Below the pieces are notes generated by a model. That model had not been told where the DNA came from, made no database searches, and was given only the letters and a program-made list of their open reading frames with translations. DNA of 64,000 bases from Thermodesulfobacteriota bacterium (lineage in GTDB: Bacteria; Desulfobacterota_D; UBA1144; Nemesobacterales; UBA2774), in NCBI GenBank assembly GCA_965216785.1, contig OZ244197.1, positions 1,056,001 through 1,120,000 of the forward strand. The letters run 5' to 3'. Within the stretch, counting starts at the first letter, position 1, and the number at the start of each line of letters is the position of its first letter. Of this stretch, positions 39,924 through 50,380 are shown one piece after another. The position numbers and the translations under genes were made by a program.

Positions 39924-40940
39924 ATGTTTAAAAACATTATTGGCCACGATTTTCAAAAAAGCTTGCTTCAGAGGGCCGCTAAAGAGGGGATGGTATCGCA
40001 CGCGTATCTATTCTCGGGACCTGATGGAGTGGGTAAGAAATTGGTCGCGTTAGAATTTGCAAAGCTGCTTAATTGTACCTCTGACAAAGTGGATGCGGTG
40101 ACTGAGGAATGTGAGTGTGGCTCTTGCAGGAAGGTGGAAAGGGGTATACACCCGGACGTTGTGTTGGTTGAGTATGAGGGCGTTAACGACATCAAGGTAG
40201 ATCAGATACGTGAGGGGATTGAAGATAAACTTTTCTTAAAGCCATTTGAAGGCGCTTTTAAAGTCGTTATTGTAGACGAATCCGAGAGAATGAACCGGAG
40301 CGCGCAGAACGCGTTTTTAAAAACCCTCGAGGAGCCGCCTCCTAACTCTGTTATCATTCTTCTTACTTCGAGGGCTACAGCGCTACTGCCCACAATCCGC
40401 TCGAGATGCCAGATAGTCAGTTTCAGCCCACTTCCCTTAGAGAAAATAGCCGCGATATTGGAAAAAGAATCAGAGCTCTCCGAGTCTGAGGTGGAATTAA
40501 CCTCGAGGCTTTCGGGAGGCAGTCCGGGATTAGCTCTTAAGTTCGATAAAGAATTAATAGATTGGAGAAAGGAACTGCTGTCAAGGATCGCGGAGCTTGA
40601 TTACCGCTCTGCGGCTGAGGTAATGGAGCTTGCGGATACGATGCCGACGGAGTCTACACCTGAGGATTCCCAGAAACTAAGGTTCGCAATTGAGTTTATC
40701 TCACTTTGGCTCCGTGATTTGATTCTGATAAAGATAGAGGCGGATAATAAATATCTCACTCATACGGATATTTTTGAGAAGAGCCAAGAGACTGCGAAGG
40801 GATTGAGCACGGATGATATATTAGAGAGGCAGTCGAGCCTTCAACACGCGTGGAACGATATTTTTTATGCCAACGCGAATAAGCGGCTATCTTTAGAGAA
40901 CTTATTCATCAAACTCGCAATGAACACCGGAGCAGGCTGA
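39924..40940 (+). CDS. holB: DNA polymerase III subunit delta'
   Basis: HAYLFSGPDGVGK, C..C.SC, HPD, NAFLKTLEEPP, LLPTIRSRC; follows tmk. Confidence 0.95.
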   Translation: MFKNIIGHDFQKSLLQRAAKEGMVSHAYLFSGPDGVGKKLVALEFAKLLNCTSDKVDAVTEECECGSCRKVERGIHPDVVLVEYEGVNDIKVDQIREGIEDKLFLKPFEGAFKVVIVDESERMNRSAQNAFLKTLEEPPPNSVIILLTSRATALLPTIRSRCQIVSFSPLPLEKIAAILEKESELSESEVELTSRLSGGSPGLALKFDKELIDWRKELLSRIAELDYRSAAEVMELADTMPTESTPEDSQKLRFAIEFISLWLRDLILIKIEADNKYLTHTDIFEKSQETAKGLSTDDILERQSSLQHAWNDIFYANANKRLSLENLFIKLAMNTGAG

Positions 40941-40992
40941 TTCTGATAAAGAGCTATGAATAAATGCCCGAGGACGGAGGACTAAAGAATTT

Positions 40993-42534
40993 ATGTCTGA
41001 TACATTTTACGTAACAACCCCTATTTACTATGTAAACGATGTACCGCACATTGGACACGCCTATACAACAATAGCGGCGGACGTTATAGCAAGATACAGA
41101 AGACAAAGGGGCGAGCGGGTGTTTTTTCTAACCGGTACGGACGAGCACGGTCAGAAGATCGAAAGGACCGCTGAAGCCGCGGGGGAGACGCCGATTGAGC
41201 TTGCGGACCGTGTGGTAAAGAGATTTGAGCAGCTCTCTCAGGCCCTGAATATAACAAACGACGATTTTATTAGAACCACGGAGAAACGTCACGAGACTGC
41301 GGTACAGGAAATATTTAAGAGGATAGAGGCGGCGGGGGATATTTACCTTAGCGAATACGAAGGATGGTATGACGTCAGGGAAGAGGCATTTATAACCGGA
41401 ACACAGCTCGAGGAGATATTGAGCCTTCCGGAATCGAAAAGACCTAAGATCGAGAAGGTAAAAGAAGAGAGCTACTTCTTCAGGCTATCAAAGTACCAAG
41501 AGCCTTTGCTTCGTCATTATGAGGAGCACCCCGAGTTTGTAAGGCCCGGGTACCGACTAAATGAGGTCGTTAGCTTCGTAGAAAGCGGGCTCAAAGATCT
41601 GAGCATAAGCCGGACCACGTTCAGCTGGGGTATTCCTGTGCCGGGAAACCCTAAGCACGTAATCTATGTGTGGTTCGATGCGCTTACTAACTATCTTACA
41701 GCTACAGGATTTCCGGGCGATACGCAGACATATAACGATATATGGCCCGCGGATATTCACCTGGTCGGAAAAGATATTCTCAGGTTTCATGCGGTTTTTT
41801 GGCCGGCGTTTCTTATGTCGGCTGGCCTCCCGCTCCCAAAAACCGTGTTTGCGCACGGGTGGTGGACGGTTGAAGGGGAGAAAATGTCTAAGTCAACGGG
41901 TAACGTGGTCGATCCGTTTCAGGTTGCAGATGAATTCGGCGCGGACGTATTCAGATATTTTCTACTGAGGGAAATCCCTTTTGGCCAGGACGGGGATTAT
42001 TCGCATGCAGCTATAATCTCACGTGTGAACGGGGACCTCGCAAACGCTCTCGGCAACCTCGTGAGCAGGACGCTCGGGATGATAGAGCGGTACTATGAGG
42101 GGAAGGTGCCCCCTCCGGGCTCGCTTGAGGAAGCGGACGAAAACATTAGAGACAGCGCTTTATCCGCAGTTTCGAAATTCGAGAATGCAATGAATGAAAC
42201 CGCATTTCATAAGGCTCTCGTTTCGGTCTGGGATTATCTTGCCATAGCGAATAAATACGTAGACGATCAGGCTCCCTGGGTCCTGGCTAAAGAGAAAAAT
42301 GGAGAGAGACTCGGGACTGTATTGTGGAGTATCGTACAATCAATCGGCGTAGTTACAATTCTCTTATACCCCTATATGCCCGAATCAACAGAGGAGCTGT
42401 GGCGTAGACTCGGAGCGTCTGAGCCTCTAAGTGCTGTAAATCTGTCTCATGCCCGCAGTTGGGGATTTATAGAAGAAGGCTCTAAAGTGGAGAAGGGAGA
42501 GAGTTTGTTTCCGAAATATGAGGAATCTAAATAG
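40993..42534 (+). CDS. metG: Methionyl-tRNA synthetase (short form, no C-terminal tRNA-binding domain)
   Basis: TTPIYYVN..HIGH, GTDEHGQK, YVWFDAL, GKDILRFH, KMSKS. Confidence 0.97.
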   Translation: MSDTFYVTTPIYYVNDVPHIGHAYTTIAADVIARYRRQRGERVFFLTGTDEHGQKIERTAEAAGETPIELADRVVKRFEQLSQALNITNDDFIRTTEKRHETAVQEIFKRIEAAGDIYLSEYEGWYDVREEAFITGTQLEEILSLPESKRPKIEKVKEESYFFRLSKYQEPLLRHYEEHPEFVRPGYRLNEVVSFVESGLKDLSISRTTFSWGIPVPGNPKHVIYVWFDALTNYLTATGFPGDTQTYNDIWPADIHLVGKDILRFHAVFWPAFLMSAGLPLPKTVFAHGWWTVEGEKMSKSTGNVVDPFQVADEFGADVFRYFLLREIPFGQDGDYSHAAIISRVNGDLANALGNLVSRTLGMIERYYEGKVPPPGSLEEADENIRDSALSAVSKFENAMNETAFHKALVSVWDYLAIANKYVDDQAPWVLAKEKNGERLGTVLWSIVQSIGVVTILLYPYMPESTEELWRRLGASEPLSAVNLSHARSWGFIEEGSKVEKGESLFPKYEESK

Positions 42535-42741
42535 CCCTAAGTTTTCTATTATCTCAAGCTTTTTATAGCGTTCTGTTTTGATGTACTTTCCAAATGTTAT
42601 ATATCCCCAAATTTAATGCGATATTACTAAACCGCGCAATTTTTGTACATTTCGCGCAAATTTTGCATGAAACGGCTGCTAACTGCTTCTTCTGAGTGCA
42701 GAATTGTTATTGATTACAGATAGTTATATCTAATGCCCTGA

Positions 42742-42756
42742 TGGCATGCTTATTGC
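42742..42756 (+). promoter_or_regulatory. Sigma-54 (-24/-12) promoter of the pilin operon
   Basis: TGGCATGCTTATTGC has exact GG-N10-GC spacing and ends 33 bp before the first pilin ATG. Confidence 0.8.
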
Positions 42757-42789
42757 CAATTATATACATGTATTTTTTCTGAGGTAATA

Positions 42790-43518
42790 ATGCGAACAAT
42801 AAGAAGCGACAAAGGGTTTACATTCATAGAGATAATCATTGCGCTTTTGATTATGACTCTCGGGTTTCTGGCTATGTCACAGATGCAGTTTTTATCTTTG
42901 AGACAAAAACAGCTGGCCGAATCCGGGACAGTTGCCACGAATATGATCCAGTTCATAGCTGACAGGGATATGGCTGAGCTCAAGCGTATTCACCTTCTAA
43001 ACTCTGTAGCTTTTATCGAAGCTCAAGCTGGGAGACTTGATCCTGCAAGCTCAAGCGAGCCCCATCTACAACATTGCACTGGTGAGACAAACGTTTGTAC
43101 AACCTGCCCGTGTAATGCTTTAGGAGCTATAACGATTGACCCCAATCCGCAAACGGACGGAGGTGGAAATCCGGTCTCTGAAACGACCTGCGCAGTAGTT
43201 AATGTGCACGGTTTTGATCCGAACGAGATTGAATTTAAATACGAATCTCCCGGGTGTGACGCAGGTGATCAAAACGCGTTATACGCGGTGAAACAGGTGC
43301 TATCGGAGGTTGACAATACAGTTACTCCACCCCAGATTACGCTTACAGTAACTTATGGTATTAAAGATGACGTGCAATTTCATCACACGGATTTTGAAAG
43401 TCTTGACATAAAAGACACGCTCGCAACGCAAAGTTTTGTAATTACAGCTCATCAGGAGGATTGGTCTGAGATACTGGGTGCAGGCTGGAACCAGGTCGTT
43501 GTACCGCATATCCCCTAG
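42790..43518 (+). CDS. PilV-like type IV minor pilin
   Basis: KG|FTFIEIIIALLIMTLGFLAM class III signal; first gene of the cluster. Confidence 0.85.
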   Translation: MRTIRSDKGFTFIEIIIALLIMTLGFLAMSQMQFLSLRQKQLAESGTVATNMIQFIADRDMAELKRIHLLNSVAFIEAQAGRLDPASSSEPHLQHCTGETNVCTTCPCNALGAITIDPNPQTDGGGNPVSETTCAVVNVHGFDPNEIEFKYESPGCDAGDQNALYAVKQVLSEVDNTVTPPQITLTVTYGIKDDVQFHHTDFESLDIKDTLATQSFVITAHQEDWSEILGAGWNQVVVPHIP

Positions 43519-43547
43519 TTTCTAAGGAGCATCAAGAAGATAACGCT

Positions 43548-44756
43548 ATGAATAATAAAGGTTTTACAATGATTGAAATGATGATTGCTGTCACGATACT
43601 GACATTTATGATTGCCGGTATGACTATAGCATTTCAACAACAGCAGAGGCAGTTGAATTTCACAAAAGAAGCAGCGGATATAGATCAGACAGTTCGCTCA
43701 TCGATAGATTTTCTGGCAACAGAGATGAGAAATGCAGCATCTAGGCAGGGAAAGAGCTTTGCTCTCGAATTCTTTAATGGAGGAAGCGCTACAAACTGTG
43801 CGTCTGATACGAACCAAACCGGTGTTAATTCCCCGCCCGACTGTTTTACCGTTTATACATGGGATATTACGAGAGGGCAAAACGGAAATGATCTGCCCTC
43901 TGTTCCAGCAGTTGTACAGGTTAGTCAGCAAAGCCCGTCATTACAGCTCATACTTCCTCCGCAGTGGTTTAAAAACGGTGTGCTCATTGGTGAAGAAGAC
44001 GAGCCGGGTAATCCGGAGATTCTTCTTGGTTTAAGATCAAGAGTCAATCTGTGCAATCCGGATAATACCGTTAGCTGCGGTGTTTCACCCGAAAAGTGCA
44101 CCGAATGCGCGGTAATTGTAAGAGCAAGCGTTAACGAGAGTACTCAAACCGCTACAGTTGATTCATTAAGTGACTTAAAAGAACAGAATTTCCCTGTAAC
44201 CAGCTATGCAAGTTTGTCCGAATTTATTAACGGAACTACGGTTGGAAATGTCTCGTATGGTTTTATACCGACTTTTTCCGCGCAGCCTTCAGAGATGACT
44301 ATAGTGAACTCTAAGATGTTTACAGTTAACCAGTCGACAAGAGAGCTTGAGCTGTCCATTAACGGCGATACCCCTGTGCCAATGGCGGGCGGAGTTAATG
44401 CTCCGGGTATTGTTGACCTGCAGCTCGTTTTTAATCTACAGGATGAAAATGGGGAAATTACCAAGGTAGGAGTACCTTTGTCAGCCAATGATAATAAATT
44501 CCCGGACTTTAGCGATAGCAGCTTAGTTGGGAGGGAGCAGGACATCAGATCTGTGGAGATTAATGTTGTAGTGAGATCGAAGATAAAGCCGCAAAAGATC
44601 CAAAGCGGTAGACATAGCCAGACATTACCTGCTATTGGTGATGTCAGTGAAAGGACGACAGAGAGCGGCACGATAGAACCTGAAGAGGGTTATATATATA
44701 GAATTCTATCTACCACGGTTTACATGAGAAATCATTCAAGAGAGGAGTTCGGTTGA
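43548..44756 (+). CDS. PilW-like type IV minor pilin
   Basis: KG|FTMIEMMIA signal, EMRNA, GIVDLQ, IRSVEI.VVVR, C-terminal VYMRN. Confidence 0.85.
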   Translation: MNNKGFTMIEMMIAVTILTFMIAGMTIAFQQQQRQLNFTKEAADIDQTVRSSIDFLATEMRNAASRQGKSFALEFFNGGSATNCASDTNQTGVNSPPDCFTVYTWDITRGQNGNDLPSVPAVVQVSQQSPSLQLILPPQWFKNGVLIGEEDEPGNPEILLGLRSRVNLCNPDNTVSCGVSPEKCTECAVIVRASVNESTQTATVDSLSDLKEQNFPVTSYASLSEFINGTTVGNVSYGFIPTFSAQPSEMTIVNSKMFTVNQSTRELELSINGDTPVPMAGGVNAPGIVDLQLVFNLQDENGEITKVGVPLSANDNKFPDFSDSSLVGREQDIRSVEINVVVRSKIKPQKIQSGRHSQTLPAIGDVSERTTESGTIEPEEGYIYRILSTTVYMRNHSREEFG

Positions 44757-44774
44757 TTATATGGAGATCATGTT

Positions 44775-45410
44775 ATGAGTAATTTTCAAATAACAGCAAA
44801 GAGGGCAAAGAAAAAGGGCTTATATAAAAATGAGAGCGGAGTTGCAATTATGATAGCTCTCATCATGCTGCTTGTCATGTCTGTACTGGCTATCACTGTT
44901 TCTTTCAGCTCAAATATGGATTTTAAGGCTATGAGTAATTTTAAACGCGGTCAGGAAGCATTCTTAGCTGCTGAAAGGTGCATTCAGGAAGGGAGGAACC
45001 GCTTTGAAGTAATAGGTATAGAAGTATTATTTTTTCTTTTGCAAAACAAGGAGACCGTTGGTCTTTCACAAGGGGGAGCCGGCGAGCTATTGCTTTTGAA
45101 TGAAGATATCGATAACGGGGCTACCTGTAGATCCGGTTACAGGGATTTGGACAGCGCTGACGGGCCGGCTGAGCTGATCGAAATTCCGCCCATTACAAAA
45201 ACGATTCAGAGGCCTTTGAAAAATACAAGCATGTCCTCGAGCGCTTCCGGAGGCGCGGGTCTAGTGCCTGTGACATTTGTAGTAACCGGTAAAGACGCAA
45301 GGGACAAAGATAAAGACGATACGAATGACAGTATAAATACCGGGACGGAAATTGCGGTAGGGTTTGAAACATTCATTCCGGGAAACGCTAATCAAATGTA
45401 TTCACAATAG
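44775..45410 (+). CDS. PilX-like minor pilin
   Basis: ESG|VAIMIALIMLLVMSVLAI (no Glu5), AFLAAE motif. Confidence 0.87.
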   Translation: MSNFQITAKRAKKKGLYKNESGVAIMIALIMLLVMSVLAITVSFSSNMDFKAMSNFKRGQEAFLAAERCIQEGRNRFEVIGIEVLFFLLQNKETVGLSQGGAGELLLLNEDIDNGATCRSGYRDLDSADGPAELIEIPPITKTIQRPLKNTSMSSSASGGAGLVPVTFVVTGKDARDKDKDDTNDSINTGTEIAVGFETFIPGNANQMYSQ

Positions 45411-45447
45411 TAAGGAGTAAAAGTTAATATACGGGATTGGAGCGACG

Positions 45448-48400
45448 ATGGCTAAAAAAGTACATAGAAATATTCATAGATTCGGTTTTTACAAAGCGCT
45501 GAATTTTTGTTTAATACTACTTTTGTTAATTGTTTACGGTGCGCAGGCTGAGCCTATTAAAAAGAACGAAGTTGAAGACCTAAACGTAATCATATCTCAG
45601 ATAGTCGGAGGACAGCCCAATGCGCTTTTCATTATGGACCTTTCGGGTTCAATGGCCAGGGCATTTGGCGGAACGCAAATTGGGAACTGGGACATTGATG
45701 AGGGAACTTTAACAGAGTGCGAAAATCTTCACTGCGGGAGCAGCTGTAATAATTTCACCGAACGTGTTTTCGCAGCGCACTGCGCTGAGAATGTGTCTAA
45801 CGTATCGGTCTGCGGCTCCAAAACATGCATAAGGGGTTTCGGCACATGTGATAGCCAGGAGCAGTTTGATAATTTTATGCAGTGCATAGATGACTCGGGA
45901 GCATTGACCGACGCGGAAATAGAAGATGTGCTCGATTTGTGGTGTGGGGACAATGACGGCAACTATGAACCGTTTTCCGACGACAGGTGCGGTGTTAATG
46001 ACAGCTCAACTCCTAACGGAACACAAGAGTTCGAAGGGGCGGCTGCTGCGCTTGATGCGAGGGCGAGTTTGACGGAATGCTCTGCGGCCTCTTGTACCGC
46101 AGATGATGACAGCGATCCTTTTAACGACTACGCATGTGATCTTTCCTCGGAGTACACCGATTTCAGGGGATGCATGCTCAACTTGCAAGCAATCGATATA
46201 AATAAACTAGAAAACTGTACAGGCGGAACCGATAATCCTCCTTATTGTCAAGGTGAGCCAGCCTACGGGACAAGCCGTATGGATATGACTCTTAGTGTTA
46301 TTTTCGATTTCCTTGACGCTGACGACTCGCTTGCGTCAAAGATGTGTGATGATCCGACAAAACTCTTTGACGGAACGAACAGCTCTATTTCATGTCAGGA
46401 TTTTATGACCACTCCCTTTAGAGACGTCCGGAAGATCGCTAGGCAACAGGGGAGCGGCAACTCGAAAAAGCTCCCTCTGACAGGGGAAGGCGATAAAAAT
46501 TTAATACGTCAGCTTACCGATGATGATGGGGACGCCTTGGGAGTGAGGCTCCGTCCGTTATCATACTCTGGCGAAGGGAATTGGGATGGTTGCACAGACT
46601 CAAACACTTTCAGGCTTGCACAGGGCGGATTTGCTGGTGCCAGTCAAAGTCATCTTAGAAATGTATGGAAGTTTTTCAGAAGACAAGAGGGCGACGGAGG
46701 TACTCCTCTTGCCTGGGTCCTGGGTTTTGATGACAGCAACAGAAACGGCTCTTCAGGCGGTAACGTGATTAATAACGATGCTTTGGGGGCTTACAGAGTG
46801 GAACTCCAGTCAGACCCTGCAATTGACTGCAGACCGGAATTTGTAATTATCCTTACCGACGGCGAGGACACATGCTCGGGTGAGCCAGGTGGTCCCTCAG
46901 GAAGTAGTCAGACTTCCGGAGGCCTGACTACTAACGCAAACCGAAGGAGCTCTATTCAGGCAGTCAGTAACCTGAGAACCTACTATACAAGAAATCCCGT
47001 ATCGAACCGCGGGCAAACATTTAAAAAAGAAGTACTGACATTTGTAATTGGGCTCGGAATACAGGACCCGGCGGCTAAGAGAACTCTTAACGCAATGGCA
47101 CTTGCCGGAGGTACTCATACAGATGGTATCATAGAACATATAGGGCCTGATGGTTTCCCTGTGCCGGGAAACGTAAGTATGGACAACTCTGCCATATTTC
47201 CTCAGAGTTCCGAATTTGATGTGTTTAAGGATTTGGCTGAAGTTAAAGATATAGATTCCGGTAGTCCTACTCTTGCACATCTTCAGGATTGTAAATCCGC
47301 TGACAGAAGCGAATCCGGTCATTGCCATTTTCAAGGCACAGATATATTCAATAATACATTTTTCGATACCGGAGCGCCCTTTAACGATACTGATAAAAAG
47401 CTTGAAGATTTTGCATTTTTCGTAAATAACGCTGATGAATTGACAGCGGCACTTCAGGAAATAACCGACTTTATCAAGGTATTCAGTACTTCGGGAGTTT
47501 CACCTGCAGCCCCACAATCCTCTACAGCTGTGGCGCTGAGAGACAGGATTTACCTATCTATATTAACCCCTCTGACTACGGAGCGCTTCTGGCAGGGAAG
47601 GCTGGGGGTATTCGGGTTTGTCAACAAGCCTGGTAACGTAGGGAATAAGGAAGTCATACGCAGACCCCCTTCCGGTGCTGATCTCGACAACGCTTCGGTA
47701 GTGGAGAGTCTGGCTATTTTTTCAGATGACGGCACACTGAACGATAACGCAAAGCAGTTTTTCTGGGACGGCGGCAGAGAGCTTGCTGAAAGAGACATTG
47801 TAGCGTCTCCGAGAAATCTTTTTACAGTTGAGTCGCCTGATTTGAGCCTATTTGACCCCTCTGCACCCGAGGATCATCCGTTTGATCCACCCGATTTTAG
47901 TACATCAAACGGAGTGATTAGATACATTGGTGATCTAGTGCCGTTTGGTCTTGAGGAGGACGAAGACAATCAGCCTATAAAGCCGGGACAGTTCGGCATA
48001 AGGGATGCGGACGTAACGGATCCCATACCTGACTATTGTATGCCGGAAGCAGGTCCTACCACCGACTGCGAAACGCTCAGCGGCACGGCGGTAGACTGTA
48101 CAGATACATCTGATGCGGACTGTATAGCTTGTGTTAAGAAGTGTATGAGAGATGAAATAATAAATCTGTTTATAGGTAATACGGGAATAGCTACAGTGGG
48201 CGACCCTATGGGAGAGCCGTCAATAGAGTCACAGTCAAGACAGGACGACGGGGCCGATCCGTTTACCTCAATGGGTTTTGACTGTCCCGACCCTGACGAT
48301 GAAGACGGAAACGGAGATTTCGGAAGTTTGGCCACCTGCTCTGTGCGTTTGGGGGATATATTCCATTCAAATCCGACAGTTGTCGGATCGCCTTCACCGC

Positions 48401-50367
48401 TTTTCTTTGACGCCGGGTATCAGCAGTTCGCATTCAACTTCAAGGACCGCTCGGCGGTCGTATATGTGGGGGCTAATGACGGAATCCTTCACGCGTTTCA
48501 CGCGGGCGAATTCAGGGATCCTAACGCGGAGGGCGCTCAGCAGGACGATAAAACAAATCCGTTTACTTTAAAAGAAGAGTCGTTCCCGTTCTTTGACGAA
48601 GGAACGGGGTACGAGCTTTTTGGAGTCGCAATGCCTACCTATCTTCCTGACTCGCTTGCCACTCCGTTCACCGATGCAGATTCACCCGCGGATATAGTAT
48701 TCGGTACACCACCTCCGCCGGATTACAGGACGGGGGACTTTAAGACATTTGTGCTTGATAACATCACGCAACGCTCTTTTTCGGACGGCTCACCAATAAT
48801 CGGAGATGTATTTATTGACGGTTTTCCAAATGGTATACCAGAAGACTCCGAAATATGCAGCGGGTCTGTAAACACCCCTGACGGGGAAATCGATCTTTGC
48901 GGAAGAGAATGGCATACCGTATTGCTCGCGGGCTCGAGAAACGGTGGCGGAGCTTACACTGCGCTTGATGTGACGAACCCGGCTTGCGGTACCGATTGCG
49001 GAGGTTCGGATGCGTTGCACGAGCATGTGGACAACGGTACGGATGTACTCGAATATCCTACGCATTTATGGACTTTGTTCGACCCTGATTTCGGAAACTC
49101 CTGGTCAACTCCTTCGATGGGAAGGGTTAGATTGAAGGTATCGGACTCTGGTACGGTAACTACTGTCGATAGGTGGGTAATGTTTGTCGGAGGAGGACTC
49201 GACCCTGTAGATGTCGACCCTACGGACGGCGTGAACGTGGGTAACGCTTTAGCTGTGGTAGATATAGCTACGGGTAAGGAAATATTTAAATTCCATCCTA
49301 CCAACTCAATCCCATCCGGAGCCTCGGCACCCGATAACGCAGATCAGATGGTTTGTGACGTTGCAAGCCGTGTAGGGGCTTTTGATATAAACGGAGACGG
49401 TTATATGGATCTTGCCTATGTTGGTGATACATGCGGAAGGATGTGGCGGTTTGACATATCAGAGCCTATAAATGTTACAGGGAGCCTGGCCCAGAGCGGG
49501 CGGGACGGAACACTGGATATCGTGGCTGATGACTGGACAGGAGAGATTGCATTTTGCGCGAATACCGATGCGGAGTGCGAGAACAATGAAGGGAACGTTA
49601 CGGTTCCGCAGAATAATCTCGAGCCTATTTATTTTGCTCCCACGATTGTACTGGATGACCTTGGAAGGAGGCATTTAATATTTTTGACCGGGGACAGAAG
49701 AGACCCGAGCAGTATCACAAAATCCGGAAAACTTTATAACATTATTGACGGTTATATACCTTCATTTCTAGCTGGCGGCACCGCTGCAGGAGGAGGTACA
49801 ATGAGGACGGCTAGTGATTTAATTTCTGCCGGGCAGGTGATTGAGCTCGAGGAGCAAAGTGGATTAGATGAGCAGTTTATTACTTCAACAAGCGGGAGCT
49901 TTAGCGCGGACCAGGGAGAATTCTTGGTTAAGTTCCCCGGTAACTTGGATAACCCCGAAGAGGGTGAAAAGGGATTTGGAATCCCGGTGGTTATAAACAG
50001 GGTGCTTATATTCACAACCTTTGCGCCCGAAACGGAATCGACCAACCCGTGCTCCGGAGGCACAGGTCTGGGGCGCATTTTCGCGCTTGATTTTATCACT
50101 GGAGAGTCTGCATTTGCACGTATTCCAGGTGTTAAAAACAGCGATTTATTGGAGGGAACTAGCGCTCAAAAGGAACTAGCGGCAGGAGCGACAGTCGCCG
50201 AAGGAATGCCTACTCCCGCGCAGCTGACCTTCGGGACCAGAGGCTCGGTATTGATGTCGGTCGCTTTTACCGGCGGTCCGGTAGCAGGCGGCTCTCAGTT
50301 TATCGTATGGGAGCTTCCTCCTTTACCTACAAGAACACAAACTCTATTCTGGGAAGAGCTTCTATAG
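45448..50367 (+). CDS. pilY1: PilY1/PilC-like pilus tip adhesin with vWA domain
   Basis: MIDAS DLSGS, GGTPLA, IILTDGED; C-terminal propeller motifs LGDIFHSNP, VYVGANDGILHAF, YTALDVT, DINGDGYMDLAYVGD, GRIFALD. Confidence 0.9.
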   Translation: MAKKVHRNIHRFGFYKALNFCLILLLLIVYGAQAEPIKKNEVEDLNVIISQIVGGQPNALFIMDLSGSMARAFGGTQIGNWDIDEGTLTECENLHCGSSCNNFTERVFAAHCAENVSNVSVCGSKTCIRGFGTCDSQEQFDNFMQCIDDSGALTDAEIEDVLDLWCGDNDGNYEPFSDDRCGVNDSSTPNGTQEFEGAAAALDARASLTECSAASCTADDDSDPFNDYACDLSSEYTDFRGCMLNLQAIDINKLENCTGGTDNPPYCQGEPAYGTSRMDMTLSVIFDFLDADDSLASKMCDDPTKLFDGTNSSISCQDFMTTPFRDVRKIARQQGSGNSKKLPLTGEGDKNLIRQLTDDDGDALGVRLRPLSYSGEGNWDGCTDSNTFRLAQGGFAGASQSHLRNVWKFFRRQEGDGGTPLAWVLGFDDSNRNGSSGGNVINNDALGAYRVELQSDPAIDCRPEFVIILTDGEDTCSGEPGGPSGSSQTSGGLTTNANRRSSIQAVSNLRTYYTRNPVSNRGQTFKKEVLTFVIGLGIQDPAAKRTLNAMALAGGTHTDGIIEHIGPDGFPVPGNVSMDNSAIFPQSSEFDVFKDLAEVKDIDSGSPTLAHLQDCKSADRSESGHCHFQGTDIFNNTFFDTGAPFNDTDKKLEDFAFFVNNADELTAALQEITDFIKVFSTSGVSPAAPQSSTAVALRDRIYLSILTPLTTERFWQGRLGVFGFVNKPGNVGNKEVIRRPPSGADLDNASVVESLAIFSDDGTLNDNAKQFFWDGGRELAERDIVASPRNLFTVESPDLSLFDPSAPEDHPFDPPDFSTSNGVIRYIGDLVPFGLEEDEDNQPIKPGQFGIRDADVTDPIPDYCMPEAGPTTDCETLSGTAVDCTDTSDADCIACVKKCMRDEIINLFIGNTGIATVGDPMGEPSIESQSRQDDGADPFTSMGFDCPDPDDEDGNGDFGSLATCSVRLGDIFHSNPTVVGSPSPLFFDAGYQQFAFNFKDRSAVVYVGANDGILHAFHAGEFRDPNAEGAQQDDKTNPFTLKEESFPFFDEGTGYELFGVAMPTYLPDSLATPFTDADSPADIVFGTPPPPDYRTGDFKTFVLDNITQRSFSDGSPIIGDVFIDGFPNGIPEDSEICSGSVNTPDGEIDLCGREWHTVLLAGSRNGGGAYTALDVTNPACGTDCGGSDALHEHVDNGTDVLEYPTHLWTLFDPDFGNSWSTPSMGRVRLKVSDSGTVTTVDRWVMFVGGGLDPVDVDPTDGVNVGNALAVVDIATGKEIFKFHPTNSIPSGASAPDNADQMVCDVASRVGAFDINGDGYMDLAYVGDTCGRMWRFDISEPINVTGSLAQSGRDGTLDIVADDWTGEIAFCANTDAECENNEGNVTVPQNNLEPIYFAPTIVLDDLGRRHLIFLTGDRRDPSSITKSGKLYNIIDGYIPSFLAGGTAAGGGTMRTASDLISAGQVIELEEQSGLDEQFITSTSGSFSADQGEFLVKFPGNLDNPEEGEKGFGIPVVINRVLIFTTFAPETESTNPCSGGTGLGRIFALDFITGESAFARIPGVKNSDLLEGTSAQKELAAGATVAEGMPTPAQLTFGTRGSVLMSVAFTGGPVAGGSQFIVWELPPLPTRTQTLFWEELL

Positions 50368-50380
50368 GGGCGGCTACATT

